Positions 1-13,244 of a stretch of 64,000 bases of DNA are shown piece by piece (within the stretch, counting starts at the first letter, position 1; each line of letters begins with the position of its first letter). The DNA is from Lytechinus pictus (taxonomy: Eukaryota). The notes beneath the pieces are model-generated. The model did not search any database and had not been told where the DNA came from. It saw nothing but the letters and a program-made list of their open reading frames with translations. The position numbers and the translations under genes were made by a program. The stretch is from assembly GCF_037042905.1 (NCBI RefSeq), contig NC_087246.1, forward strand, positions 3,102,001-3,166,000. The letters run 5' to 3'.

Positions 1-545
1 TACTTACAAGCAGCTTTGTGAGTTCTCTAAAGTTTTAATATTGTGAAGGGAATGTGACAAGCTGCTGTTATAAGCTACTGAGATTTGGCAAAATGATTGG
101 CCAAGAGCCAACTTGCCATATGATTATAAGCTTTTATTTGTATTCATAAAGAATTCAAAAGATTTTTCTTCACTTGTATCAGGTTTAAATATGAAAATGA
201 AAGTTATGTAATTGCATTCCCAGGTCAGAAGGTCAAATATCAGAGGTTGTAAATGGTACATGCTAGTGACCTACTCAACTTCATTGTGTTAGTGACTTCT
301 ATGTGGACAATAATCTAAGCAATTATTAGTCTTGTTGTCATCATTGCCTTGAGGAAGGGGTAGGGGGTCTTTCTTTATCCTTCTCTTGAAAATAAGTATG
401 GCATTACCAGGAGATACATTCATTGTACTATGTAGTACTTCTGAATAAAGTATTTATGGTGTTAATCTAGATATGAAGCCTGTGTCTTGTAATGCTCTCT
501 TTAATGTTGCACATTTTTATTATCTTTACTCTTTTGTGAATGTAG

Positions 546-3500
546 ATAAGAAACCTAAGTCTCGTAGCGCTCTCTTAGACTGGAAGACAACTCAGAGGAT
601 GTTACCATGGAATGTGATCCTTCTGCTTGGAGGAGGCTTTGCTCTCGCTGATGGCACAGAGGTAAGGTTTTCATATCAACCATATACAGTTTGCTGTCTT
701 GAGCTTCCAGGTACTGTCAAATATAATTTCCTGACAACAGGCTCTTTAAAAAGAACAGGAAATGTATATTATTTAGCTTTTGTGTTAGGGTTCAGGAAAC
801 CATGCTGTCCCTCTTCACAAAGTCCTTTGCCCTGCTTGTTTGGTAATGGGAAAGGAGAGGAGGTGATGGGTGAAATCCTTCTCCGAGAGACAGACTATAC
901 CTGTTACTGGGTACATATTCTAATGGCTCCAAATACTACCTTAAAGATGATGTCAGTTCACCACACTGAACATGGTTATAAAGATTATGTTTTGATTCCC
1001 TTTTAAACAGCAGTGTAAAATTAGCTCTTAAAAATTGTCTCTTTTATCTCTAACAGGCATCTGGTCTCTCTCAATGGTTGGCAGACCAATTCAAGGTGTT
1101 AGATTTTTTGCCATCTTGGATCTTTGTCATTATCATTACTGTCATCATCTGCTTCTTCACAGAGTTCACTAGTAACGTTGCAACTGCAACAATCTTCCTG
1201 CCTATTCTTGCTGCTTTGGTGAGTTCATCAATATCCTTCATTTTTATTTGATGAAAAAGTATCAATTATTCAAAAGATCTCTAAATAATTGTGGTTTTTA
1301 TATTCATTATAGTAAAAGTAGTTGAAGTATTCATTTTTATTTACAGAGTGCACCATTCTTTGTAATTGAAAAATAACTATTTGCAAAGAATACAAGAAAA
1401 TCACATTGCAGAGATCCACCTGTATAATCATTATTATTTGAATGTGAAGAAAAAAAAAATCCTATGGTTTATACTTTGATTCTGTAAGCACTTTGTATAC
1501 CAAGGACACTAGGAGCATGGAGCTACTAACAGTAGTTCCATGCTAGGAGAGCTCAAATATATATTTTGCTCTACACAAAAAATTATAAATTCAACTTTTT
1601 TGACATATTTTTAGACGTGAAAACATGTTTTTTTTGTCTTGCCTGCATAGCTGAGCGAGACTACATGTATAGGCACCGCTTTTCCGATGACGGCGGCAGC
1701 GTCAACATCTAATCTTAACCTAAGGTTAAGTTTTTGAAATGTCATTATTACTTAAAAAGTATATGGGCCTAGTTCATGAAACTTGGACATAAGGGTAATT
1801 AAATATTACGGAACATTCTGCCGGAGTGTGAGGTCACATGACCAAGGTCAAGGTCATTTAGGGTCAATGAACTTTGGCCATGTGTGGGGTGTTTGTTGAT
1901 TTCCATCATAACTTTGGAAGTTTATGGATCTGGTTCATGAAACGTGGACATAAGAGTGATCAAGTATCACTGAACATTTTTTGTGAGTTTCAGGTCACAT
2001 GACCAAGGTCAAAGGTCATTTAGGGTTAACAAACTTAGATTATGTTGCGGAATCAAAACAAAATCTTAACCATGGTTAAGCTTTTGAAATGTCATAAGTT
2101 CATGAAACTTGGACATAAAGGCCACCGCACACCTTACGACTGTTCGCTATCCGATTTTGGAACAAATCACATTTTGCTCATTTTCTGAAAATGTGAATGG
2201 AACATATCATTTTATTTGAGGTTAAAATTAATTGAAAGAATACTAATATAACCATTTTGAAAGATTGCAAGCCTTTATTTTGGAGTAAAGGCCATATTAG
2301 TTTCAAATTGTAGCCAATCATACAACTGCTAACTTTGAAAGTTTATGGATCTAGTTCATGAAATGTGGACATAAGGGTAATCAAGTATCACTGATCGTGT
2401 TGCACAAGTCTTCAGTCACACGATCAAGGTCAAATGTCATTAGGGTCAATGAACATAGTATTTTATTATCATATCAATTATGTTTTTGTGAATAATTATC
2501 CTATAGTCATTTTCAATGTTAGTACTGCCACTATATTGAATCACTTAATGCAGGCAAGACTGCCAGAGACACTTCACTTGTTATAAAAAGAATTGCCTAC
2601 TTTGAATGCAGACAATTTTCCCATTTTCTTTTAAAATTGTAGGGGAATATGTCATCCCTGATACAAAGAAATTCAGTTTTAAAAACTGAACAGAGGCCCC
2701 TTCTTGCTCTCAATGTCTGTAATGAGTACAAACTATTTGAAAATCAAGCTCTAAAAGTTCAACAGCATTGTCAAGTGACTGCTTAAAAGAAGAAAATAGA
2801 TCAAAGTGGCCAGGTCCATGTCCCAGAAGGAGTTTTGATTGAACATAACTCTAAAAATTAATAAAATGTCTAACTGCTTGCTTCTGTATTTTTGCAATGC
2901 CCCCCCCCCCCCCGGATCATATTGGTTTGTCCAGTGAATTATCTGTCGAGCTGTATTTTCATAAATGCATGTTCTCCCCTATATTGTATGTTTACAGGCT
3001 GAGAGTATCTGCATCAACCCTCTATACATCATGTTACCAGCCACTATCTCATGTTCCTATGCATTCATGTTACCTGTAGCCACGCCTCCTAATGCCATTG
3101 CTTTCTCCTACGGCTCCCTCGCTGTTCCAGATATGGTAAGTTTCGTAATATGCTCTAATAATGCATTTTCACATCTCTATTTAAACAGATTAGGGACGAA
3201 TATAGACTTTGAAATTGTGAGGCTTTAATATTCTGTAGCCCACGTAATGATTAGAGGTTGGTTTCCAAAGATAAGATAGTTCTTGAGATGAGTCTGTAAA
3301 ACAGGAGGCAAGTAGAAGATGTTATAAGATTGAAACTCGTGAAACGGACTGCCTTTTTTAATCACAAAACTACTTCGACAATATATCAGTTAAACATTCA
3401 TATACCACATACATCACTGATATCAACAAACCAACAAGGAATTCCATCCTAGCCTACTGACATGGCATATACACATTCCAATCCAAATAGCTATATACAA

Positions 3501-6500
3501 GCAATATATCGACAAATATTCGGATAATATCAAAAAAGATTATGATAAGATTATACTACTAACAACAATCAGAAACTAGATCTACTTGCGTTAAACATTA
3601 TACGAACGAACGGTATCCCTGGTAGAGATGGAATGTCTCAGAACTTTTTAAACCGAGCATCAAATATTTTATCAAATATTCTAATGTCAGGAAAAGGTGA
3701 ATTGCTAACAGAAGACATACATAGTATTAGCCCATATGCCGAACTTACATATATATATACATGTATAATTAGAAAAATAATACGAAATATCTCAGTCTAA
3801 CTGTAAGTCCGCATTTGGAATGGGAATAGATATAATATATTCGGGATTACCTTAACCCGTGTAGTACATGCACAGTATCATTAGTTTATTAACAGATGGA
3901 AAGTTTCTTCTTAACACAAGATTCTTTCCATTAAATTCAATATGATCAGATGTCAAAAATCGTCCAGAATGATATCAATATAACCACAAAAAGTTATGGA
4001 ACAAAATACCGTTATATACTTAAGAGTAGAAATGATAGAAAATTTGATTATTTACCTGTAAAACAGGAGGCAAGTAGAAGATGTTATAAGATTGAAACTC
4101 GTGAAACGGACTGCGAAGAGTCGAGCGGGTTCCACGAGTCCTTCGTAATTTGCATATTTCATGAAAGAGGAAGAGTCTGCTGATTTGAATAATGTGTAGG
4201 GATAACATCATCATGTCGTGGGGTCAGGTGTCATGGGTAATTTGCATAAATAGCGTCATGTAAGATCTATCATCTCATATACATGACGTAGAAAATATGG
4301 TGGGGCATGCATGTGTAGTCTATACACTAGTCACTTTGTTACAATTCCAAACATTCAAAGGTTTATTGACCAATTAATGACAATTTTATACAAAGAATGG
4401 TTTAAAGCATGTACCTATATCTGACTGAAGAGTAGAATTGGTTTGTTTTATGCTCATCTATAGAGTACATTGTACATTTTAATACAAATACTTCAGTTGT
4501 ACAATTAAGGATAATGTACAATAAGATATTTAATCTTACTTCCCTTTTTCAAAACAGAATAATTTATTATTGGAAAGTATGTGAGAAGCATAATACTTGC
4601 ATAGTATTTAAAAAAAAAATAAAAAAAATAATGAATTTTTGCAAAAATATACAAAATTAAATACCACAGTTGGAAGAAGAAAGCAAGCAGGAAATTGGAT
4701 AAAACAGAGAGAAGTAGATATGACAAATAGGGCATTAGTATCAACAGGATAGGAGGCTAGTAGTTTGAAGGGAAATTTTGCCCCGATAATAGAGAAATAT
4801 TCCTTAGAAGAAAAATATGGAAATCCTATACACACCCGAACACTACAAACCAGTACATTCTCCAGTGAAAGACACATTCTATGTTTTTCATCAATCTCTT
4901 ATGTAATTTCCTTTTGATATATTATCATGTCCTTCTTATTAACTGACTCATGCAAAGTGAATGTGAAATTATGGCAAAGATTAAAGGTACAAATCCTTGG
5001 GCATATATGTGACACCATAGCATTGACTTAATCGCATGATTGATGCAGTATTGATTCACAGATATCATATATTTTAATTTTTATGAACATTGCACTGAAG
5101 ATCAAAGCATCCTATTGTGAGTGACTATGATTTAGTAAACATGAAAATGAAAATTTGTTTTACTGATAACAAAGCACTCATCCCAGACATTAGAATAGTC
5201 AATAAATATAGCAGTAAACAGACTCTACAAGTTGTTATCATGATATTAAAACAAGAGTGGGTTTGATTGCATTGTAATTGTTGTCAGAGTGCAGGGTGTA
5301 CATATTATTGGTATTTTTTTAATTTAATATTATTCTTTAAACAATGTTTATATGTTATTGTTTTTCATTTAAAGTCATGTCTTAAAGATTAAAGGACAAG
5401 TCCACCCAAACAAAAACTTGATTTGAATAAAAAGAGAAAAATCCAACAAGCATAACGCTGAAAATTTCATCAAAATCGGATTTAAAATAAGAAAGTTATG
5501 ACATTTTAAAGTTTCGCTTCATTTCACAAAACAGTTATATGCACATTTTAGTTGGTATGCAAATGAGGGAACTGATGACATCACTCACTCACTATTTCTT
5601 TTGTATTTTATTATATGAAATATGAAATATTCTAATTTTCTCCCCATTGTCCTGTGAAACAAAGTTTTATTTCTCCCTGAACATGTGGAATTACCATTGT
5701 TTAACATTTTATGGTTCAGTCAAGTTTGTCCTTATTGTCAAACCTGTAAAAATTGAAATATTGTATAATTCAAACAATAAAAAACAAAAGAAATAGTGAG
5801 TGAGCGACATCATCGACTCTCTCATTTGCATGTAACTGACTCGTTCATATAACTATTTTGTGAAAAATAAGCGAAACTTTAAAATGTCATAACTTTCTTA
5901 TTTTACATCCGATTTTGATGAAATTTTCAGCATTATTTTTGTCTGATTTTTCTCTATTGATTCAAATCAACATTTTTCTGAGGTGGACTTGACCTTTTAT
6001 CTCCATGAATACAGATAAATCAACCTAATGGTTGTTGTCATGTTAAGGATTCTGACAATTTATTTTTACTTTTATAATTACAACTCTTGTTGAAAGCATT
6101 GCCAGTTTAATTGATTTTTGTTCTGCCAATTCACAGATTTTAAAGTTTATTTTATGATCTTATACTTAAAATATTATGAACTGAAACTACTATACAATTA
6201 TGCTAGAAAATTAATTGAATTATTGGTTATCCTGTTGTAGAATGAAACTGCTTTGTTTGAAATCTACCATTTCCATGTAATAATACTGATTACAATTACT
6301 CCACTAGAATATAAACCTTTCCAAATATGCATTATTACTATTTTGATGATTCCTCAGATGAGAGCTGGTTCTATGATGAATGTGATTGGTATCATTGTAG
6401 TCAACCTTCTGATCAACTCCATGGGTATAGTGGTCTTTGATGTCTTCAACTACCCAACCTGGGCTGATAACACTGCTGGTTGCCTTGCAAATACTACCAC

Positions 6501-6513
6501 ACCCACAGCTTGA
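546..6513 (+). CDS. SLC13A: SLC13-family sodium-dependent dicarboxylate/citrate/sulfate cotransporter, last four coding exons (5' part lies upstream of the window)
   Basis: Exons 546-661, 1057-1218, 2998-3135 and 6358-6513 have AG/GT boundaries and splice in frame. Peptides: LLDWKTTQRMLPWNVILLLGGGFALADG | ASGLSQWLA...FTEFTSNVATATIFLPIL | NPLYIMLPATISCSYAFMLPVATPPNAIAF | MRAGSMMNVIG...FDVFNYPTWA, stop TGA at 6511-6513. These are hallmark SLC13/DASS C-terminal motifs. The paralog (A2/A3/A5) cannot be resolved. Confidence 0.95.
1636..2582 (+). mobile_element. Helentron-associated (HINE/DINE-1-like) non-autonomous element with internal tandem repeats, copy 1
   Basis: Begins GTCTTGCCTGCATAG after a T run and ends GCAGGCAAGACTGCCAGAGACACTTCACTTGTT, giving subterminal inverted repeats. 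Internal repeated units contain TTCATGAAACTTGGACATAAG...GGTCACATGACCAAGGTCAA. Homologous reverse copy at 20219-21149. An unrelated sequence interrupts it at about 2116-2330. Confidence 0.7.
3294..4114 (+). repeat. 59-bp exact direct repeat pair (3294-3352 and 4056-4114) bracketing a decayed coding-like segment
   Basis: CTGTAAAACAGGAGGCAAGTAGAAGATGTTATAAGATTGAAACTCGTGAAACGGACTGC occurs twice, identically. Confidence 0.9.
5389..5999. mobile_element. Kolobok-type MITE with long imperfect TIRs, copy 1
   Basis: TTAA-AGGACAAGTCCACCC...GGTGGACTTGACCT-TTTA with long inverted arms. AGG termini at TTAA-like targets. Sister copy at 60509-61114. Confidence 0.8.
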
Positions 6514-7387
6514 TACACCACACTAAATAACCTGTTTGTATTCTATTGTTAATACAGTGATCCCTCACTGGATAAAGCCACTTATCCATGATTTACCAAA
6601 TGACAGGGAAGGGGGGTGCTTTTTCTTCCAAAATGTTTTATTACATGTAAAAGATATGAAGATTTCCCCAATAGTATTCAAGGGAAAAAATCAAACAAGC
6701 GAACAAAACCAAAATGAAAATCATCCCCCCCCCCTTTTGCTAAATGCCTTACTTGATATATATATATATATATATGACGCCAAACAGAACTACATATTCT
6801 AAAGATTGTCAGAACTGTGACATTTTTTTAGAGCCATTATGTCAATTATTGGTCATGTTTAAGATTGTGGTTGGATTCATTTACAGTTTGGTTTGTTATT
6901 AAAATATAAATTAGATTTGGGTTTAGTAAAAGAGTTAAATTTTTAATTAATTTTTTGGTGAGGGTGAGGAATATGATAACAAATTGTTTTTTTAACTGGG
7001 ATTAAGGATTTTGCAATTCCAGGGAATACTGTTTGGTGTATTCTTCACAAGAACATTGTATGTGTCTTTGTATTTGTTGTAATTGTGAATAAGTTATTCC
7101 AATCATTCTTATGAATATGTCATATGAAATGTTACCATGTTTTTGTTTTTTTACTCTATCACATAATAAATACTATTGAAACAGATTGATTGAATGATAT
7201 ATACGGAATTATGATAAGAGAAGAAAGAGAGCAGTATTTTTTTACAAATGACTGAAACATGTTTTTAGGTGTGGTATTGGAAGATAATTTTTTGTAACAA
7301 GGTTTGAATGCAAAGTCTATTTAATAGTCCAACCTGCTGTAGTGACCACCTTTTAAAGAAGGACCGATTGTCTATAAAGATGACCAG

Positions 7388-7598
7388 GGGGTGTTTCACA
7401 AAGATTTAAGTACGACTTAAATTGCACTTAAATGCCGACGCGTATCTGAAATGCAATGCGCAATCTAATTGATCAATACGCAATAGTGCGCGTCCTCTTT
7501 GCATGATCTGACCAATGCTGTCATGGCTTTTATACCGCGCACAACTAGGCATTTAAGTGCGACTCTAAGTCATACTTAAATCTTTGTGAAACACCCCC
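7388..7598. mobile_element. PIF/Harbinger-type MITE
   Basis: TIRs GGGGTGTTTCACAAAGATTTAAGTA / TACTTAAATCTTTGTGAAACACCCC, flanked by CAG on both sides (CWG-type TSD). Confidence 0.8.
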
Positions 7599-8124
7599 CA
7601 GGTTGTCTTCCCTTTAATATTATTTCCTGATGCGTTGCAGGGACCTGTACAGATAGACATCTTGTTTGTTTATAAAAATCACTTTTTTGTCTGCCTGAGA
7701 TTGTATTTATGGACAGGTTTCAATGTATTTTATGTATATAAAAATCTTATTAAGCAGAATATGTTCAAGCTATTGTGAATTACACACAGTGTTACAAAAT
7801 GTCACCAGGTTTAAAAATAAGTCTTTTCTTGACACCTCATATCCAATTTACTTTGTACACAAAATTTGTCAGGCCATGTCTGAACAAGCCTGTATGGGAA
7901 GTGCAGGACCTAGCTGTCTCATTCCATAGGGGCTCTAGGCAAATCCCCCCCCCCCCCCCCCCCCCCCACCGAATTGCTCTCAATCTCTGTCAACCTTGTA
8001 AAAGAAAATGCCCCTGAAATTTCTGCAGGGTCTATGTAAACTGTAATACAATGGACATTGGAAAGTTCCATTGTTTAAGCTTGCACAATGTGGGCCCCTC
8101 CAAATTTAGATCTGCTACTGGAAG

Positions 8125-8395
8125 GGGTAGTAGATAGTAAATGGTAATCTTCTTTAGTCTCTGGACTTTGAAACAAAGGGCCATGGATTCAAATCCCAGT
8201 CATGGCATATCTTCCTTCAGCAAAAAAATGTATCTACATTGTGCTTCACTCAAGCCAGGTTAGATAAATGGGTACCTAATAGGAATTATATTTCTTGAAA
8301 TGCTTATGTGGTGTAAAACACCGCCTAGCTAAAGCCTGGGCGATATCAAAGTCCTTAGGAAGCGTTCATGTACTATACAAGAACTATGTGTTATA
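8125..8395 (+). mobile_element. Degenerate tRNA-derived SINE
   Basis: B-box-like GGATTCAAATCCC at about 8185. Central CACTCAAGCCAGGT...AAATGGGTACC resembles the conserved core of metazoan SINEs. L2-like tail GTACTATACAAGAACT. Confidence 0.55.
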
Positions 8396-8504
8396 ATTGT
8401 AATCAGCTGTTTCACAGTCAACAACCCAGCATCAAGTTCATATAGGGAAAGTTTGTGTCATTAAATATGGATCGATTTCTGTACCTATCAACACTCTAGG
8501 TTGT

Positions 8505-8728
8505 AAAGGTCCTATCATATTGTTTTGTGCAAGCCTTGCATGTGACTATTTTTACTACCCGCAGGTCACACACATTGACAGTATCTCGCACGTATTTACC
8601 CACAGAAGTGCATGCATGTCACGCATGCAGAAAAGATTTGAACATTTTCAAAACTTTGGCAGGTGAGTTGTTGGTGAATGCCCGCAACTCACCCGCAAGG
8701 CTTGCATGGAACGATGTGACAGGCTTTG
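8505..8728. mobile_element. Old diverged MITE
   Basis: Left end AAAGGTCCTATCATATTG...TGCAAGCCTTGCATGTGACT is an imperfect inverted match to right end ACTCACCCGCAAGGCTTGCATGGAACGATGTGACAGGCTTT. Confidence 0.5.
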
Positions 8729-10499
8729 ACATTTCTTTTCCATTTCGTCTTTTTTTCTCCTATTCTCTTTTCCATATTTTTCTCATTCTTATCTTTTAGT
8801 TTTTCTCTTTCTTTTTTTTCTTTTATGAATTTAGCTCTATACGTTTTGAACTATAATGTTGTAATATTTTATATCATCATGACCAAAGAGTTTGAATTTC
8901 TAGTATTGTATTTACTGTGTATTTAATTATTTGTACAGATGTAACAATATCTATCTTGATGTAAGGTCGACACAATAAAGCTATGCCTCAATTGTGTTTA
9001 TTTTATATATCAACAAGTAATATTTCTATCTATGTATCATTCTAATTATGTTTCAACCAACAGATATCTGTTATCAAATCCAGAAAAGTAGAAATGTTGT
9101 TCAATTCAACTTGTGTATGATGAAATGTATGTTTTGGGGAAAATGGACGGGTATTTTCAATCATGTCTACCAATCAGGAAATCTATTTATCAGTTTTAGT
9201 ATTACCTGAATCTCTATCTCCACAAACTCTTACAATACAATTTATGCAGGGTAATTTGTTTGAAAAGGAATCAGCAGTACATCTTTATATTGTTTTTTCA
9301 AATTGTTATTTTGAGAATCTTATATAATTGTCTTCCATGAAATAAATGCAATATATCAAGGCATATATTTTATGAAATTAAGGAGGTTGAAGTTAGCCCT
9401 TATTTTTTCTTGTGAATAATTATCTGCATTACAATCTGATAATTTGAGTGTGTTCTAGAATTTTTTTTAAAAGATAAGTGTTTTCCATCAGTTTGTGCAA
9501 AAATTCAGCCATGTTTGAGCTGATGGAGCAAATACAGAGTATAACAACTCTCCATAAGGTCACACGGGCCTAATTACAACTGGCAGACAAAAAATATTCA
9601 TTCAACCCAACCCATTCTAAATTTTTTAATTTGATATTGCTGATTGACAAAAATGAATGAATATGATTGACAATCTAACACTGATTCTAGGGAGGGTACC
9701 TACTGAACTTCTTTTTTCCAAATTGGAAAGATATATCACCACTATGGAACTAAATTCTTACTGGCGGAAGAATTAGGGCCATTTGACTCTCTCAAGTGAT
9801 GAATTTGATCCCCTCAGGTGTAGTCTTCATAAATGCTGATTTATTTTTAAAATGAGCCGGTTGAGGTACCCTTTTCTGGTCCGATATGGAATGTCAGACA
9901 TTTATCCTATTCACTGATAGTAAACATTCAACCCTCAAATTTCCTCCTTATTTTTAAGGAATTCTTTTTAGGTACCACTTTAACACACGAGTCTATGGGG
10001 ATTGAATTAGGCCTGTGATACCATAAACTCGCTCTTGCAGAAACGTGCTAGACTTAAAAGAAAAAAATCATTTGAAAACAATTTAAAATATTTTTCTTTC
10101 AATATAAAGAAGTTTCCGATCTGTGAGGACAGTTGTGTCACCTTTACTGTCAGTTAGGTATATGCATCTCAGACTACTGAAGGGACAATGCAGGACTCTG
10201 GGTCTCTATTTCAGTAATACTTTCTTTGAAATCGGTAAATTTTGAGAATTAAACGATATTTATATTCTATTCTTTCTTTATTACTGGAGCAATAGCTCTT
10301 CCACTAGAACATCATTGACATCAATAACCACTTTGAAGCCCCAAGAATAGGTTCGCTCAACAAAATGAACTCCCAACTTCTCAAACGAACTCTGAAAAAG
10401 GATCATCAGGTCATACATAATGCCTTCAGCAAGTGTGTCATTGGGTGAATTACCGTTAGGTGCGGATCCATGGGAAACACAAAGGGGCCTCTCCCCTGG

Positions 10500-10900
10500 A
10501 AAAAAAAGAGAGAGAGAGAAAAGGGAAAGAAAGGAGAAAGAAAAAGAAATGAAAGGAAAAGAAAGAAAAGAAAGAAAAAAGAGAGGGAAAGGAAAGTGAG
10601 AGGGGGGAAAGAGGAGAGGGGAAAGGGAGAGAGTAAATAAATTAAAGGGATAACAAAGACAAATGAGTTCAAGGAAAGAGAAGAGAAATGAAGGAGGGGG
10701 AAGAGATAGAAAGGGGGATCGGAAAGGAGAGATAAAAGACGGGAAAGGAAGAGAGAGAGAAGAAGAATAGGAATGAAAGATAGAGAAAAATATAAGACAG
10801 GAAGGGAAAATTGAGAGGGGAAAGAGGAGAAATAAAAGTGAAAGGGAAAAGGGAAATAAAAAGGAAAAAATGGGGAAGAACAATTGAAGAGGGGAAGGAA
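10500..10900. repeat. Polypurine (GA-rich) low-complexity tract
   Basis: About 400 bp almost entirely A/G on +, preceded by GGTGCGGATCCA. A similar head plus purine tract occurs at about 26596-26765. Confidence 0.8.
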
Positions 10901-10984
10901 TATTAGTTACTTTTTAAAACAAAATTGTGAATCTAGGAGGCTGCAGCCGGGAATCTGTATTTATTATGATTAAATACTTATTTG

Positions 10985-11120
10985 CTATTGACACCCGGAT
11001 GAGATCAAATTCACTGCAAATGAACCACAGTAAATGTGAGTTCATGCTTTTTTGCCCCAAATCTCAATTAAGTAAACTTAACATAGACTCCATTTTCATT
11101 GCCGGTAATCCTATTCAAAA
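10985..11120 (+). mobile_element. CR1/L2-clade LINE reverse-transcriptase fragment
   Basis: Translation IDTRMRSNSLQMNHSKCEFMLFCPKSQLSKLNIDSIFIAGNPIQ matches the post-YADD pattern WM..N.L.LN..KTE...F...QL.K....I.IG of CR1/L2 ORF2. Confidence 0.7.
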
Positions 11121-11304
11121 CTTCATCGCGAGGTGGTTTTCTGAAACGGTTTGGAAGATCGCTTCCAAGACCACTTTGACCGTTCTCATTACAAGTTAAA
11201 CTAGTTTCCAGTAACTAGTTTTAGGACGGTAGTGAGAACAGTGTCGTAGACGTCTTCAACTACCCAACCTGGGAATAATGCTGTGTATCTATCAAACTAT
11301 TCTA

Positions 11305-11737
11305 TGACACCGTTCTCACTACTGACCTAAAACTATTTTTCTGGAAACTAGTTTAACATGTAATAAAAATGGTCGAAGCGGTCTTAGAAGCAATCTTTCA
11401 AACCGGTTCAGAAAACCACCTCGCGATAGTTTTGTAGATCGCTTTGCCTCGTCAAACTGGTTTTAGCGTGAGGACACAACCATTCTAAGGGAAGAGATCT
11501 TCACACATTTCGAGCCTGCACTCCACACACTGTATGTGGAATGCCTACACTGCGGTTTCAAATTTCACACGAAACACGTCCCCCACTGAGAGTGTTCCCA
11601 TAGCAACAAGACCGCTTTACGTGATGAAGTGGTTTTAAAAACCACTTTCGGGTGATCAAATGGGAACGCTAGCAAGGCGATCTTCCAAACTGGTTTCCAG
11701 TAAACCAGTTTTAGAAAGTATAATGAGAACGGTGTCA
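11305..11737. mobile_element. TA-target MITE, with an inverted partial sister copy at about 11122-11246
   Basis: TA-TGACACCGTTCTCA...TGAGAACGGTGTCA-TA termini. 11122-11246 is a diverged reverse complement of the left part. Confidence 0.8.
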
Positions 11738-12517
11738 TATTCAATAACCCTTTACTTGACAACTGCCAACTATGTCACACTAACTCGACTTAAGTGAAAC
11801 TTGAGCATGCTAAATGACAAACAGAGGCCCATAATGATGCAAAGTAGCTAGAAAGATAACTCAAAATCAAGGATATACTAACAAGTTTTGCTTTCACACA
11901 TTTTTTTTCTTTGTTTCAAGAGTGTTTATACAAAAGATATTTCTTACATGTATGTTTCTGTATAAAATCCTCAAAAGAATTCTTCAACTGAAGTGTGAGG
12001 AGTAATAAATTTCTTGTTTCTATCATCATACATGAATGGAAAGCGTGGTTACCGGTACTCCTTTTTACAATAATGTGTCATTTGTTGACATGCAAATGTA
12101 ATCATGGAATGTGCTATTCTGTTATACATGCAGCTATTATAAACATGAAATGTTGCAACATTTGTTTTCAGTAGCAAATTCCCAATCATGCTGAGGATGA
12201 ACTGAATTTGAATGTTGATGAGCTGATGACCGCTAGATTGCACAAATACACAAGTGACATTTTTCCAAAATATCCAGTCATCTGGGGTCTTCTGGACAAA
12301 TTTCATAACACATAAAAAACACTACATTTTGCAAGGTTTTACTTCTATTCTGTCTTTTCCTTATATTCAGGGTATCTGCACATTCCATGATTACATAATC
12401 ACAACAAATGACACACCATAGGAAAGAAGAACAATGACAAAACAAGTCCAGTTTTTACAGATAAGTAAAAATAAAATCATCCCTCAAACTTGTTAGGCAA
12501 ACTCAAACTTTGATATT

Positions 12518-12518
<1 letters not shown>

Positions 12519-12559
<41 letters not shown>

Positions 12560-12609
12560 TATATATATATATATATATATATATAGGTATATATATATAT
12601 ATATATATA
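12519..12609. repeat. (TA)n microsatellite with two GG interruptions
   Basis: Read directly from sequence. Confidence 0.95.
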
Positions 12610-13244
12610 AAGGCATTTTTTCGGCATTACCAATTTTTCCTAAGGGCAGATAGCTCTGGGGAACCTTGATTTAAGCTACGCCTACCATTATTCTCTTCAT
12701 CCATTTCTTTCACAAAATATTTAAATAAAAGAGTTGCCAAAGCTGTTGTACATGTATAATTTCACACACACACACATATATATGTATATAGGGAAAGAAA
12801 TGAAAATGAGAGAATAATAGATGCATTATTTCACTCAAGATCCCGCAGAGCTGTCATCTATTCTGAATCAAAGGTTGAAAAAATGGCTTCTTAGTTTTTT
12901 CCTTACTTTTCTATCTAGGGCAATTCCATAAAATATGTACGTCCCACCCCCTATACTTGGGACCTTCATGAAATTTTCTGTCTCTGATTTTTTGTTCTTT
13001 TGACAGTCTGTAATGCTGTCAAATGACCATGACTTGGCCAGTTTATTAAGTGAAGTATGAAAAATGGGGGTCAGATGTACAAACAGGTTGATCATTTTAT
13101 GGAATTGCCCTATACATAAATGCGAGAAAGTATACATGTACAACAGCTTTGGCAACTCTTGTACATTATTTAAGCTGGGGAATCTTGATTTAAGCTACGC
13201 CTACCATTTTTCTCTTCATTCATTTCTTTCACAATATATATTTA

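Noticed and set aside
473..1006. 177-aa ORF as a standalone gene
   Set aside because: Only 546-661 is exon. The rest is intron read-through past the GT donor at 662.
8125..8215. Possible tRNA gene
   Set aside because: Only a B-box-like remnant with no full cloverleaf. It continues into SINE core sequence.
10281..10883. 200-aa F/L/S/P-rich membrane-like ORF, and similar ORFs at 26526-26803 and 31978-32332
   Set aside because: Translation artefacts of polypurine/polypyrimidine low-complexity tracts.
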